A stretch of 64,000 nt of DNA, from assembly GCA_026395685.1 (NCBI GenBank), contig JAPLYG010000001.1, positions 7,862-71,861 of the forward strand. The letters are read 5' to 3'. The position numbers and the translations under genes were made by a program. This DNA comes from Candidatus Parcubacteria bacterium. Its GTDB lineage: Bacteria; Patescibacteriota; Patescibacteriia; CAIXNZ01. Below the pieces are notes generated by a model. The model made no database searches. It saw only the letters and a program-made list of their open reading frames with translations, and was not told the origin of the DNA. Shown in pieces: positions 49,284 to 59,678 of this stretch (positions within the stretch are counted from its first letter, which is position 1; each line of letters opens with the position of its first letter).

Positions 49284-49808
49284 ATGGAGATTAATGAAAG
49301 TCTAGCTAAGCAGATTCAGGCAAGAACTCGTGAATTTCAGAAAAAACGTCTCTGGAAGAAATCCACGGCCATTGCAAAGACATTTGGCAGAAAAGATGTC
49401 CGTGAAGCCAGCGATCATACGACTGTTACGTATGATTTTAATCAGAATCGATGCTGTGGTTTTTTCAGGGTCTACCTGTCAAATTTTGTTTACGGCGGAT
49501 ACTATGTGAATGTAGAAATCGCGGGCAAAACGGTTTTGTCCGCCCAGGAAACATTCGCTGATTCTGAAGACGCCAAACATTTTCCTTTCCAGATCTGCAA
49601 GTATGGGAGCAGTTTGCTCTTTGTTAAGATTTACATCCCGGGCGATTGGGAAAAACTTATGGATATGAAGTTTATGCGCAAGGAAGTAAAAGCCCTGGAA
49701 GCTGCAGAACAGGGCAGGCTTAAAGAACATGACGAAACAGCGGAAAAATCAAGACCCCTTACCAGGGAGGAACAAGAATTAGCCGCGAATTTCGGCATCA
49801 AAGGCTAA
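49284..49808 (+). CDS. Hypothetical protein
   Basis: ATG at 49284; own TTGACA promoter and terminator (49817-49843). Confidence 0.6.
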   Translation: MEINESLAKQIQARTREFQKKRLWKKSTAIAKTFGRKDVREASDHTTVTYDFNQNRCCGFFRVYLSNFVYGGYYVNVEIAGKTVLSAQETFADSEDAKHFPFQICKYGSSLLFVKIYIPGDWEKLMDMKFMRKEVKALEAAEQGRLKEHDETAEKSRPLTREEQELAANFGIKG

Positions 49809-49857
49809 AAATTATGCCCGCATCTTCGGATGCGGGTTTTTTTATTTGTTGTTAGTG

Positions 49858-49995
49858 AATCGGTATCGATAATCGTTTCGTTTATCGTTAATCGTTTGAC
49901 GTGACGTATATAGTACAACGTTCAACGTAACCTGCCTGTCGGCAGACAGGCTAAACACTCCACTCTTACCAGCATCATTACCATTACACCTTGCC
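49858..49995. repeat. Composite repeat: TCG-family copy 3, 20-bp palindrome cctgcctgtcggcagacagg and CA-rich arm
   Basis: Direct sequence matches to 43546-43589 and 49173-49197. Confidence 0.75.
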
Positions 49996-50054
49996 TTTAA
50001 ATAAAAATACCCTCGTGTTCCGAAGGTATTTTTAAGTAATTTGGCTGTCTGAGT

Positions 50055-50372
50055 TTACCATGACAATACGCTAAGAATTAATTTTTTCCAGCTGGGTTTT
50101 CTTTTATAGCGTTTAAATTTGCGTTCTGCTTTTTCAATAAGCTGGAAATAGTAAGTAGAACTCATTGTCCCCAAAACACAGCCCAGAGCATATGCCAGAA
50201 TAATACTCCAATTAGTAATGTCTGAAATGATGGCTTCAATAATATAGTACCAGACAATAATTTCAATCAGAGTAATTGCGCCGCTGGCCCAGACTTGGCT
50301 TTTATTGACCACCTTGGTCCAGATAGTGCAAATTATCATTTCAGCCAGGCCGATTAGAAAAAAGGAAATCAT
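50055..50372 (-). CDS. Small membrane protein (DUF5698/DUF2179-like)
   Basis: Three TM; IEIIVW...AYALGCVLGT pattern. Confidence 0.55.
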   Translation of the reverse strand: MISFFLIGLAEMIICTIWTKVVNKSQVWASGAITLIEIIVWYYIIEAIISDITNWSIILAYALGCVLGTMSSTYYFQLIEKAERKFKRYKRKPSWKKLILSVLSW

Positions 50373-50622
50373 AGGTGTGGGGGATTAAAAATTAGATTAA
50401 ATATTATAGCCAGAATCTATAATCGTAAAAGCTAACTATTTTGATATTATGAGATTTTGGCTAAGGTCCGACCTTTGGTAAGAGCAATTTAAGGCGCTTT
50501 TGTGTGTTGCCTATTTTAGCAAATTTCAGGTAATGTGTCAAAAGTATCTTGTCAGGAGCGTCTGACATTCTTTAGCTAAAAAAGGCAGCTTAGTGAGCCG
50601 CCTTTTTTGCTGTAAATTTATA

Positions 50623-53600
50623 TTAGCGCGGTATATTTACATTGCCTTTTAGCCTGATTCTAGCAATAACGCCTCTGCCATTATTTTTTTCATCTTTTTC
50701 TAAAATTAATTCCCAATTTTTGCGGGCTTCAGGCGTTTCAGCATTAAAAAAGAGGGTTGGTATTTTGCTGTTGGGCACAAAAATTTTATACCAGGATACT
50801 TTGACTTCAGCTCCTGCATCTAAAATAGATATATCCTCAATTGGGAAAGAATTAAGGTTAAGCCTGTTTAAAAGGATCAGCGCATTTTCATTAAAATATT
50901 CCCCATTCCTAACGATTTGCCTGTTGGGAGGAAGTTGTCCGGCCAGAATTCTTTTGACATAATTATTATCGCCATAGTCAATTTTCTCGTTGGCCCCAAT
51001 AAGATTTTTCATAAAGGTTTGATCATTCAGCAGGTTTTTAGTAAATGCTTCAACGTCAGAATCAACCAGAGTTAGAATCTCCAGGACTACAGGAGTAAAT
51101 TCATTCAGCTTTGCTTCTAGAATCTGCTTAACCTCTTGAGGATGATTTTTGACATGATGCTGTAAAAATTTGCCTGTCAAAGGAAAATAAATTTGGGCAA
51201 ATTCTTTGGCTTCTTCAAAATTTTCAGCTTCTCCTAACTTTTCAAATACTTCACTATTAAGAAAATGATTTATATGGTTCTCAAGCTCATTTTTAAAGAT
51301 GCCTGCCAACTCAGTTAAAAATGTAATTTCTTTGGCAGAAAGCGATTTGTCCCTGATAACTTCTGCCAATTGGCCTTCTCTTTTCTTGAGATTTTTCAGC
51401 TTGTTCCTGATTATTTCCAGCTGTTTTTCTAGCGGAAGATTGCGCAGCCACGGACTGGCAATATTGAAATTTCTATTGGCTAAGGCAATTATAAATTCCT
51501 GATCTTTTCCCAAATCTGTACCTTTTGAAATCAAATCTTTGATCTCATCTTGTTTTTTTAATATTTCATCAATTTGCCTCAGGTCTTTTAGTGAGTTTAA
51601 TTCAGTAAAGATCAGCCTTTTTTGTTTTGTCGCTTCCACTAAGGGCAAGCCAAAATTAGGATTTTTTTCCACCAATTTCTCAAAAAATTGTAAGTTGTCA
51701 GGATTTTGCAGCCAGCTGGAATTGTAATTTAGGAGTTTTTCTAGCTGGCTTGTTTTGTCAAAATTTTCCTTTATAATTTCACGCAGTTCTGCCTGGCTGT
51801 TAGCATCGTCAAACAGCATATTGATATAAACAATTGCAGAATCAAAGTCTTTTTTTGCCATTTTTCTGACTTCGGCAGCATCTTCAAGAATAATTCCTTT
51901 TACGTTTTCCATAATTAACCTGGAATTGGTGCCACGTCCGGCTAACGCTTCCTTGAGAAACCTTTTTTGATCTTCCGGCGTTAAATATTTTAGATATTTC
52001 AACGCCAATGAGAAGCTAAGGTCTGCCAATTTGTTCATTATTTCAAGGTCGTCACAAATCTTTGGATTGCTTTTTAGAAAAGATTCAAGATCAAGCATCT
52101 CCGGGTGGATAAGGTATTCTTTAACAGATAAAATTATTTTCTTCTGGATTTCTTTATCTTTAGTTATTCCCAGGGCTAAGGCAAAATGATGATAAGCAAT
52201 TTCTCCAATGATATTCCTATTACTTAAATACTCTGGCTTAATTTCTAAAATTTTCTTTATATCACTTTCAGACAAATCTTGTATTTTTTTTATAATAATG
52301 TCCTCTAAGTTTGTAGCGCCGATTTGTGCTGGTAAGTCTTTCAGATAGGGAATTAAAAGAGAAAAATTATATCTTCTTACAGCTTGCAATAGTTGCTGAT
52401 CAGCAAGCAGTTCTTTGTTTCTGGCAATAAGGTCATTAAAAATTTCAATAGAAGCGGTAGAAGCAGTGCCGAATTTAATGTAGGTTATAACAACTTCCCT
52501 TTTTTCCTCATCAGTCAACTGCGGCAGCAACAGATCTTTATAGTAACTTATTTTTTCCTTAAGTGATGTCTTAATTTGGGGGACATCCAGCAAGTCAGGC
52601 CTTGCTTTTAAAAATTGTTCGATTTTATAAACATAATTATCTCCTCCGCTGACTGGTACGCCGTGATGAAATAATATTTTTTCCATAATAGCAATCTGGG
52701 TTTCTTCATCAACCTTGTCTGCAAATTTAAAAAATATTTCCGGGTTTTTTTCAGCAATTAATCGGCCGAAAGCTTCATTCTTTAAAAAATTCGGATATTG
52801 ACTTAAAATTTCGTCTAACTTATTGATTCTTTCCGGACTTTTAAAATTTATATTGGCAGCTTTTTCAAGATAATGTAATATCCTTTGCTTTTTTTGGTTT
52901 TCATCAGATAAAAGACTGGGATCAACTTCTATAATAGCTTTCAAGGCAAAAAAGTTTTTATCAATAAGCTCTGTCAGAAATCCCTGCTCTGCTCCCAATT
53001 TTGTTACTTTTGCTAAAGTCGTGAGAATTCTTGGAAGCGCATACTCTGATTTACAATTTAGAGCTAAAAATTTTAATAATTCTTTACCGCTCACGGTATA
53101 TTGCCGGGATATCAAGGCGTTAATAATGTCTACTTTGCCGGTCAGCAATTTTTTTATTTCCTCGCCATCTGTCAGCTCACGACAAATTGACAGAATAATA
53201 TGATCATAGGCTATTCTGGCAAAAGTATGCTTTTTTGTCGTGTCTTTTCTTTTTTTACCTATTCTATATACTTCCCATTCTTCCCAGTCATTATTGGAGC
53301 TCCTTTTATACTGAAGAAGTAAAATCAGTATTTTAGGCTTGGAAAGGTTATGTGTCTTGGAAATTTGTTTAATCAGCTTGTCTAAATTATCCGTATCAAA
53401 CTGATCAACGCCTGGTTTGCTGACTTTGTTTACCAGTTCTTCGTATTGTTCTCCGACCATTTTTCTCAGCAGTTTATCTTGTTTTTCCTGATCCATCTTT
53501 TCCCCCAGAATTTCTGTTCTAAAGCGAAAAATTCGATGAACAAAGCCCGGATCCGAAGTTATTGTATCTGAAAGTTTTACGAAAAGATCATTTAATTTAC

Positions 53601-56247
53601 TTTTGTGCACCCCAATTAATTTTATTACCTGTTCGTCTTGGCTATTGGCATCAAGAAAATAAAACAGACTTATAATAAACTCACGATCGTGTGATTTTTC
53701 AGCGACAGAAATCGCCTGCTCAAGGTTATTAATCTTTTCCTGCTTAAATTTTGTGGTTAGGCTAAAAAGCTGTAAAATTTCAGGTAGATTTAATTTATCT
53801 TCTTCAGGGTTATTTTTACTTAAATTGAAATAGTAACTGCTTAGTTTTTTTGGCGCATATCGCAAGACAATGGGTAAATCAAGCTTGGGCGTGGTTGGCA
53901 ACAGGCTCAAAACCTCAAGTAACTTATCCTGATTGGTTTTTATATCCTGAGTCAGCTTTTTTATATAATTCTCAATAGTTTCTTTAATTTCCGCTCCGAT
54001 TTTTATTTGGCTGAATAATTTTGCCTTTTCTTCAGTTGCAATATCCAGGATTAGCAAATTTTCCGCATAATTGGTAAAGTTTGCCAGCACTTTTTTGCGC
54101 ATAAATTCCTGCACCTCGGGATTTTTATGCTTTAGCAAGCTTATGGGAAAGTTTAATTTTGTGGTTTCCGGCAGAGAAGTTAAAATATCCAAAACCAGGG
54201 GCGCAAAGGCGGCTAATTTTTCAGAATTTCGTTCTTTAAAAAATTCTTTATAAATATTTTGGGCAACCTCTACGCTGACATTGCCCTTGAGTTTAAGCAG
54301 GCAATATTGCAGATTTTTGGGGTCAAGGCCTTTATTCAAAAAGCCAATTGGATTTTGGGCCACGTATTCCATGTATCTTTGATCCAGTCCGCCTTCTTTT
54401 TCTGCTGATTTTTTCACTTCTTTTATTACCTGAGTCGGAGTAATTTTTTCTTTGATTTGAAAAACAGTTATGTTGTTTAAGTCTGCGGCTAATTTTTCCA
54501 AATTAACTTTTTTGTCGATTTTTGCCAGGAAATATTTCAAGCGTCCCAGTTTGGTAAGGGCACGTTGGCGATGGGATTCTCCCAGTTTTTCTTCGATTTG
54601 ATTTTGGGTGTCCTTATCAAGTGTCGGGATGGCGCTTTTTTCCAGGACGCTGATATTATTTTTTGCCAAGACATTATAAAATTCCGAAGTAAAAGGCTGA
54701 TTGGTGGAAAAACGTAAAAGTCCGCCTGTTTTGGCCATGCGTACCATGTCAACAAGCATATTTTTTACATCATTTTCTGATGACGGCCCCTTAAGATTAT
54801 CAAAAGAAGAGCATTCTACCAGATCAATGCAATTATCGGCAATCGGCGTATGCTTCATATCCGCCAGAATATCATGGCCTTGATTTTTTATGTCTTGAGG
54901 CAAGGTTTCGCGACTGTTGGCCAGCATGTCAAGGCTGTAATCTGCTGAAATAATATGTTCCGGCATTTTATAATCAGGAAAGCGTTTGGCAATATCATAA
55001 TGGGCTCTTAATTCTTCATGAGGTCCGGAAGCAACAGAAAGAATTACCTGGGGAAGATTCTTTATTAATCCTTTTTTATATTTGCTGATTAAATCTAAAA
55101 CAGCTGCCCGATGTTCCAAATATTGGGGAAAATAATCCATATATTTGACATACAGCTTGGTAATTTCATTGGTCCATTTCCCTGTTTTGGTAGCATTGGA
55201 AATCAGCCAGAATTTTTGCTGCAGTTCATTGGGGACAATTGATTTTTCAGTGGTTTTAATTCTTTTAAAATTCAATAATTCAGGATTGGGATCTGCTATT
55301 TCTTTAAATTTAATGCCCTCCGCATCTAAAAAGGGGAAAATATTATGAAGCGGTATCATTTCAGCCGGGGTGTCATTTAAGACTTCGACAATTTTGCTTT
55401 GCTCTCGGGAGATCGCTCCGGAAAAAAATTCATTCAATTCTCGCTTGCCCAGTTCCTCAAATTTTTGCAGTTCCTTAAAGGTTGAAGCCTGTTTCAATTG
55501 CTTGAAGCGTAAATCTTCAATCTCAAAATCAGCAATGTTCAAGTCGGGATATTCTTTGCGCAAAATTTTCCAGACTGTTTCTTTTACTTCGTCGGCTAAT
55601 ATTTTTTTTATAAAATAAGCAATAATGTCAGATTTCTTTTCAGCCAAGACGCTGTCTTTGGGCAACCCTTTCTCCAATTTATATTGTTCTTCTAGGGATT
55701 TATTTTTTTCCAGGTTTTCTTTGATTTTTTCAAAGGTATAAAGAATCGCGCCGGTAATTTTCGGGCTGAGGTTTATATTATTGGGCAAACCATTAATTTT
55801 AAGCGCCACTCCCATCGGCATGATGGAAAATTCAGAAGCTGATTTTAAGTAGGTTTCCATAATCGGCAGATTGCCAAAAGGCAAGCGAGCTTCAATGACT
55901 GTTTTTTGCAGTCTTTCCTTTGAGGTAAGCTCTTCGCTTGACACTTCTTGTCCCAGATTAATTTCTTCGGATGTTTGTAATTTTTCTTTAATCAGAGATT
56001 TCATCTCCGCAGTCAGGTCAAGCTGCAGCATAACAGCCCAAAAGCGGCGTCTGATTTCCAGGCCGGAATTGCTAATCTTTTTTATATATTCGACAAAATT
56101 GGCAGTTTCTGTTTGTTTGTTTTCAGTGCTAAGTAAAATTAAAATTTCTTGGGCAATTGAATCTTTAAATTTTTCAGTGCCAAGTAGGTCTTTAAGCAGT
56201 TGTTGCGGAGATTTTTTAAGCTGTTCTTTCAGAGAAAAATTTAACAT
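50623..56247 (-). CDS. Giant (1874 aa) protein with an internal class I SAM methyltransferase domain and long helical region
   Basis: ILSVASGP, SADYSLDML, ADMKHTP...IDLVEC and KTGGLL; the rest is Leu/Glu/Lys-rich. Confidence 0.6.
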   Translation of the reverse strand: MLNFSLKEQLKKSPQQLLKDLLGTEKFKDSIAQEILILLSTENKQTETANFVEYIKKISNSGLEIRRRFWAVMLQLDLTAEMKSLIKEKLQTSEEINLGQEVSSEELTSKERLQKTVIEARLPFGNLPIMETYLKSASEFSIMPMGVALKINGLPNNINLSPKITGAILYTFEKIKENLEKNKSLEEQYKLEKGLPKDSVLAEKKSDIIAYFIKKILADEVKETVWKILRKEYPDLNIADFEIEDLRFKQLKQASTFKELQKFEELGKRELNEFFSGAISREQSKIVEVLNDTPAEMIPLHNIFPFLDAEGIKFKEIADPNPELLNFKRIKTTEKSIVPNELQQKFWLISNATKTGKWTNEITKLYVKYMDYFPQYLEHRAAVLDLISKYKKGLIKNLPQVILSVASGPHEELRAHYDIAKRFPDYKMPEHIISADYSLDMLANSRETLPQDIKNQGHDILADMKHTPIADNCIDLVECSSFDNLKGPSSENDVKNMLVDMVRMAKTGGLLRFSTNQPFTSEFYNVLAKNNISVLEKSAIPTLDKDTQNQIEEKLGESHRQRALTKLGRLKYFLAKIDKKVNLEKLAADLNNITVFQIKEKITPTQVIKEVKKSAEKEGGLDQRYMEYVAQNPIGFLNKGLDPKNLQYCLLKLKGNVSVEVAQNIYKEFFKERNSEKLAAFAPLVLDILTSLPETTKLNFPISLLKHKNPEVQEFMRKKVLANFTNYAENLLILDIATEEKAKLFSQIKIGAEIKETIENYIKKLTQDIKTNQDKLLEVLSLLPTTPKLDLPIVLRYAPKKLSSYYFNLSKNNPEEDKLNLPEILQLFSLTTKFKQEKINNLEQAISVAEKSHDREFIISLFYFLDANSQDEQVIKLIGVHKSKLNDLFVKLSDTITSDPGFVHRIFRFRTEILGEKMDQEKQDKLLRKMVGEQYEELVNKVSKPGVDQFDTDNLDKLIKQISKTHNLSKPKILILLLQYKRSSNNDWEEWEVYRIGKKRKDTTKKHTFARIAYDHIILSICRELTDGEEIKKLLTGKVDIINALISRQYTVSGKELLKFLALNCKSEYALPRILTTLAKVTKLGAEQGFLTELIDKNFFALKAIIEVDPSLLSDENQKKQRILHYLEKAANINFKSPERINKLDEILSQYPNFLKNEAFGRLIAEKNPEIFFKFADKVDEETQIAIMEKILFHHGVPVSGGDNYVYKIEQFLKARPDLLDVPQIKTSLKEKISYYKDLLLPQLTDEEKREVVITYIKFGTASTASIEIFNDLIARNKELLADQQLLQAVRRYNFSLLIPYLKDLPAQIGATNLEDIIIKKIQDLSESDIKKILEIKPEYLSNRNIIGEIAYHHFALALGITKDKEIQKKIILSVKEYLIHPEMLDLESFLKSNPKICDDLEIMNKLADLSFSLALKYLKYLTPEDQKRFLKEALAGRGTNSRLIMENVKGIILEDAAEVRKMAKKDFDSAIVYINMLFDDANSQAELREIIKENFDKTSQLEKLLNYNSSWLQNPDNLQFFEKLVEKNPNFGLPLVEATKQKRLIFTELNSLKDLRQIDEILKKQDEIKDLISKGTDLGKDQEFIIALANRNFNIASPWLRNLPLEKQLEIIRNKLKNLKKREGQLAEVIRDKSLSAKEITFLTELAGIFKNELENHINHFLNSEVFEKLGEAENFEEAKEFAQIYFPLTGKFLQHHVKNHPQEVKQILEAKLNEFTPVVLEILTLVDSDVEAFTKNLLNDQTFMKNLIGANEKIDYGDNNYVKRILAGQLPPNRQIVRNGEYFNENALILLNRLNLNSFPIEDISILDAGAEVKVSWYKIFVPNSKIPTLFFNAETPEARKNWELILEKDEKNNGRGVIARIRLKGNVNIPR

Positions 56248-56358
56248 ATAAAGAGGTTAATATTGATAGAGTAATTATAACACAATTTTAGCTTAAATTT
56301 AATAAATTTTGGGAATAATAAAAGGGCGGTGCTTTTGCCCGCCCCTTGGTTGTCTTTT

Positions 56359-58152
56359 TTAATTTTTGTTCAGTCGGTTCTTCAAAAGCAAATGCTGCTG
56401 GAAAATTTCAACCGGCACGGTATTGCCCAGTTTTTCCTTGAGGAATTTTTCCCGCTTGTCCATCTCTTCCAGCCAAAGATCTTTATCAATCTTCAGCAGT
56501 TTCTCCATGGTCTCAGGGTCAATGTTCAAGCCAGTCAGATCAAGGTCGTTTGGTCCCGGCATAAAGCCAATCGCTGTTTTTTGCGCTTCAATTTTGTTGT
56601 TGCAACGGCTAATAATCCATTCCAAAACACGCAGGTTATCGCCATAACCTGGCCAGAGGAAATTGCCGTTTTCATCTTTACGGAACCAATTGACATGGAA
56701 AATCTTTGGCGCCGGGTTCAGGCGCTCACCGGTACGCAGCCAATGGCTTAAATAATCAGCCAGGTTGTAGCCGCAGAATGGCAGCATGGCCATGGGGTCA
56801 AACCTTAGATCTCCAATGCCCTGAGTTTGGGCTGCTGTTACCTCAGAAGATGTAGTTGCCCCGATATAGACTCCATGTTCCCAGTTGAAAGCCTCATAAA
56901 CCAGAGGTGTGACTGTAGCGCGGCGACCTCCAAAAATAATCGCCGAGATGGGCACTCCTTGAGGTTGTTCAATCCGTCGGCTGACACTGGGACATTGTGA
57001 TAAGGGTGCAGTGAAGCGGCTGTTGGGATGAGCGCCCAGAATCAGCTTGTTGTCAGCGTCTCGCAATCCCGGGTACCAGGGTAATCCCTGCCAATTAACT
57101 CCGCTTGCCGGAGTTTCGCCATCGCAACCTTCCCACCAGACAGTGTAATCAGGTTTAAGTAAAGTATTGGTAAAGATCGTGTTTTTACCAATTGTTGCCA
57201 TGGCATTGGGATTGCTCTGAGTATTTGTTCCGGGTGCAACACCAAACATGCCTGCTTCAGGGTTGATACCCCAAAGTTGGCCGTCGGTATTCACCCGCAA
57301 CCAGGTGATATCATCGCCAATGGTGAAAATACGGTAACCCTTGGCTTTGAATCCTTCAGGAGGAATCAGCATGGCCAAATTAGTTTTGCCGCAGGCACTG
57401 GGAAAGGCCGCTGCAATGTAAGTGATTTGTCCGCTTGGACTCTCAATGCCCATAAGGAGCATATGTTCAGCCAGCCAGCCCTCTTGTCTGGCTTGGTAAC
57501 TGGCAATGCGTAAAGCCAGGCATTTTTTGCCCAGCAGTGCATTTCCGCCATAACCAGAACCAACGCTCCAGATTTCATTGTCCTGGGGAAAATGAAGAAT
57601 CAGGCGCCGTTCAGGATCAAGCGATGCCAGACCGTGCATGCACCGGGTAAATTCACCCTTGTACCCCAGGGCATCTAAAACAGCTGAACCGGCTCTGGTC
57701 ATGATCATCATGTTGATCACGACATAGAGAGAGTCGGTAATTTGGACTCCAATTTTGGAAAATTGAGAGCCAATTGGTCCCATGGAAAATGGGATCACGT
57801 ACATTACGCGGTTGCGCATGGAGCGTGAAAAGATCCCTGTTGCCCGATCGCGTGCTTCCTGAGGAGACATCCAGTTATTGGTCGGGCCAGCCTGGTACTT
57901 ATCCTGAGTACAGATGAATGTCAGCTGCTCAGTTCGGGCAACATCTCCAGAATTACTGCGATGATAATAGCAGCCAGGATGTTTATCCTGGTTTAGCTTG
58001 ATCAGGTCGCCGTTGCGCAAAGCAAGCTGAATTATTTCTTCTCGTTGTGCATCAGAGCCATCGACAATAACAATGTCTTTAGGCTCGCACATGGCAGCCA
58101 TCTGCCAGATCCATCTGCGCAGACCCTCATGTTTGATCTCATCCAATTTCAT
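56359..58152 (-). CDS. pckG: Phosphoenolpyruvate carboxykinase (GTP)
   Basis: DVARTE, GSGYGGNALLGKKC, AFPSACGKTNLAM, GDDI, HPNSRF and FHVNWFR. Confidence 0.96.
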   Translation of the reverse strand: MKLDEIKHEGLRRWIWQMAAMCEPKDIVIVDGSDAQREEIIQLALRNGDLIKLNQDKHPGCYYHRSNSGDVARTEQLTFICTQDKYQAGPTNNWMSPQEARDRATGIFSRSMRNRVMYVIPFSMGPIGSQFSKIGVQITDSLYVVINMMIMTRAGSAVLDALGYKGEFTRCMHGLASLDPERRLILHFPQDNEIWSVGSGYGGNALLGKKCLALRIASYQARQEGWLAEHMLLMGIESPSGQITYIAAAFPSACGKTNLAMLIPPEGFKAKGYRIFTIGDDITWLRVNTDGQLWGINPEAGMFGVAPGTNTQSNPNAMATIGKNTIFTNTLLKPDYTVWWEGCDGETPASGVNWQGLPWYPGLRDADNKLILGAHPNSRFTAPLSQCPSVSRRIEQPQGVPISAIIFGGRRATVTPLVYEAFNWEHGVYIGATTSSEVTAAQTQGIGDLRFDPMAMLPFCGYNLADYLSHWLRTGERLNPAPKIFHVNWFRKDENGNFLWPGYGDNLRVLEWIISRCNNKIEAQKTAIGFMPGPNDLDLTGLNIDPETMEKLLKIDKDLWLEEMDKREKFLKEKLGNTVPVEIFQQHLLLKNRLNKN

Positions 58153-58320
58153 AGATTACCTCCTCAAAGAATCAAGAGTTTGTCAGTTTTGGTTAATTAA
58201 AGTTCCCTAGGGAATTTACTATATTTAACTGAAACGCGCAAGCATAAAAATGACTCTGTTTAAAGCAGAGCCATTTTTTTATTTTTTTTGATTAATGTTT
58301 CAAATTGTAGGTAGAAATTT

Positions 58321-58824
58321 TTATTGTGATAATTCAAGCCATTTGTTTTGGTCATTCACCCATTCGACTTTTTTAATTTCCGGAAATTGCATTAAATTGA
58401 CTTCAACAAAGGGTTTCCAATAGCAGAGGAATATAGATACGCCGGCCCAGCCATCAATCGGCTGAATATAGGCAGTATCGCCGACAATTTTTAAATATTT
58501 TTCGTCAATATTGTTATAAATTGAAAATTCCGAGTTATTGGCTGCTGCTGCCAGTGTTTCAATTATCAATTGGTTCGGCGATAAATTTCCTTTGTCAATT
58601 TTAACCTGATTTTTTTGGGTAATGGTTTTTCTAAAGCCCTCGCTGTCCATATCCGCACCATTGCAGTATTTATTGGGATCTTCTGCTGATAAAAGGATTG
58701 AAACTTCTGTTGAGGTTGCCTGGGGAGCAATATTTTGCGTTTGCTTGGCTTTGAAAAAATTACAGCCGGAAACAGCCGTAGTTAAAAGGATAGCCAAGAG
58801 CAGGGAGAATATTAATTTCTTCAT
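58321..58824 (-). CDS. Putative lipoprotein
   Basis: Lipobox-like VSGC after a signal peptide. Confidence 0.6.
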   Translation of the reverse strand: MKKLIFSLLLAILLTTAVSGCNFFKAKQTQNIAPQATSTEVSILLSAEDPNKYCNGADMDSEGFRKTITQKNQVKIDKGNLSPNQLIIETLAAAANNSEFSIYNNIDEKYLKIVGDTAYIQPIDGWAGVSIFLCYWKPFVEVNLMQFPEIKKVEWVNDQNKWLELSQ

Positions 58825-58939
58825 AAGTTTAAAGATTAATAATTAGCAGGTACTTGGAATTATAGCAATTATTACAAATAAAGTCTAAACAAAAAATCCC
58901 CCCGCAACGCGGAAGGGATTTTTGCTATGTAAAAAAGTA

Positions 58940-59140
58940 TTAAACTCGTTTTACATTGACTGCACGAGGACCTTTTTCAGAATCCTCCATGTCAAAGGTA
59001 ACTTCGTCGCCTTCTCTCAAATCAGTAAATGTAGCGTCTGAAAGGGCGCTAGAATGAAAGAAAACGTCTTTGCCCTGATTTTCTTCAGTAGCAATAAAGC
59101 CAAAACCTTTGTCGGTAAGTCTCTTTATTTTGCCGTTCAT
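58940..59140 (-). CDS. Cold-shock protein
   Basis: KGFGFI, DVFFH and KGPRAVNV; ATG at 59140. Confidence 0.93.
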   Translation of the reverse strand: MNGKIKRLTDKGFGFIATEENQGKDVFFHSSALSDATFTDLREGDEVTFDMEDSEKGPRAVNVKRV

Positions 59141-59309
59141 AATTTTTCTTAAGTAATTAATCTGCAAAACTTAGCCTTTTGCAGAAATTCGACTTATTTC
59201 TACGCGTAAAAGGTAAATTTTCATATTATTATGATATCATAATTGAGATAGAAAGTCAACAGCTATGGTAATTAGAACAAAAAAACAAGACTTGCGTCTT
59301 ATTTTTCCT

Positions 59310-59383
59310 TGGGCGAGTAAAGGGAATCGAACCCTTGTTAACGGGACCACAACCCGCTGCTCTACCATTGAGCTATACCCGCC
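59310..59383 (-). tRNA. tRNA-His(GTG)
   Basis: GGCGGGTATAGCTCAATGGTAGAGCAGCGGGTTGTGGTCCCGT...GGTTCGATTCCC; G-1 present. Confidence 0.93.
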
Positions 59384-59390
59384 ACGAAAA

Positions 59391-59526
59391 TAGTTTAAAG
59401 TTCAAAGTGCAAAGTTTGAAGTTACAATGTAAAGTTTAAAATTTTGGAATAATTATTTAACATGTCCTTCCTAAACTTTGAATTATTAACTGCAATTTTA
59501 CATTTTAAATTTTGAACTTTTAACTA
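59391..59526. repeat. 7-nt-periodic inverted repeat between tRNA-His and tRNA-Arg
   Basis: (t/a)aagtt(t/c)-type heptamers facing ttttaac/tttgaac heptamers; the left arm resembles 31695-31735. Confidence 0.7.
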
Positions 59527-59530
59527 TCCG

Positions 59531-59585
59531 TGTGTCCCCGCTAGGAATCTCCCGCGAAGCAGGATCCGCCTCTGGCGGAGAACCT
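59531..59585 (-). repeat. Tandem duplicate of the tRNA-Arg 3' end (25 nt) with a 30-bp insert in the T-loop
   Basis: Matches 59586-59610 apart from the insert at 59550-59579. Confidence 0.9.
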
Positions 59586-59587
59586 TG

Positions 59588-59659
59588 TGTCCCCGCTAGG
59601 AATCGAACCTAGATCTAAAGCTTAGAAGGCTTTCGTTCTATCCATTGAACTACAGGGAC
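59588..59659 (-). tRNA. tRNA-Arg(TCT)
   Basis: GTCCCTGTAGTTCAATGGATAGAACGAAAGCCTTCTAAGCTTTAGATCTAGGTTCGATTCCTAGCGGGGACA. Confidence 0.95.
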
Positions 59660-59678
59660 TTATTTAATTTGTGGGTAC

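Noticed and set aside
41903-49995. CRISPR array
   Set aside because: The repeats are dispersed and degenerate, with no regular repeat-spacer period and no cas1/cas2.
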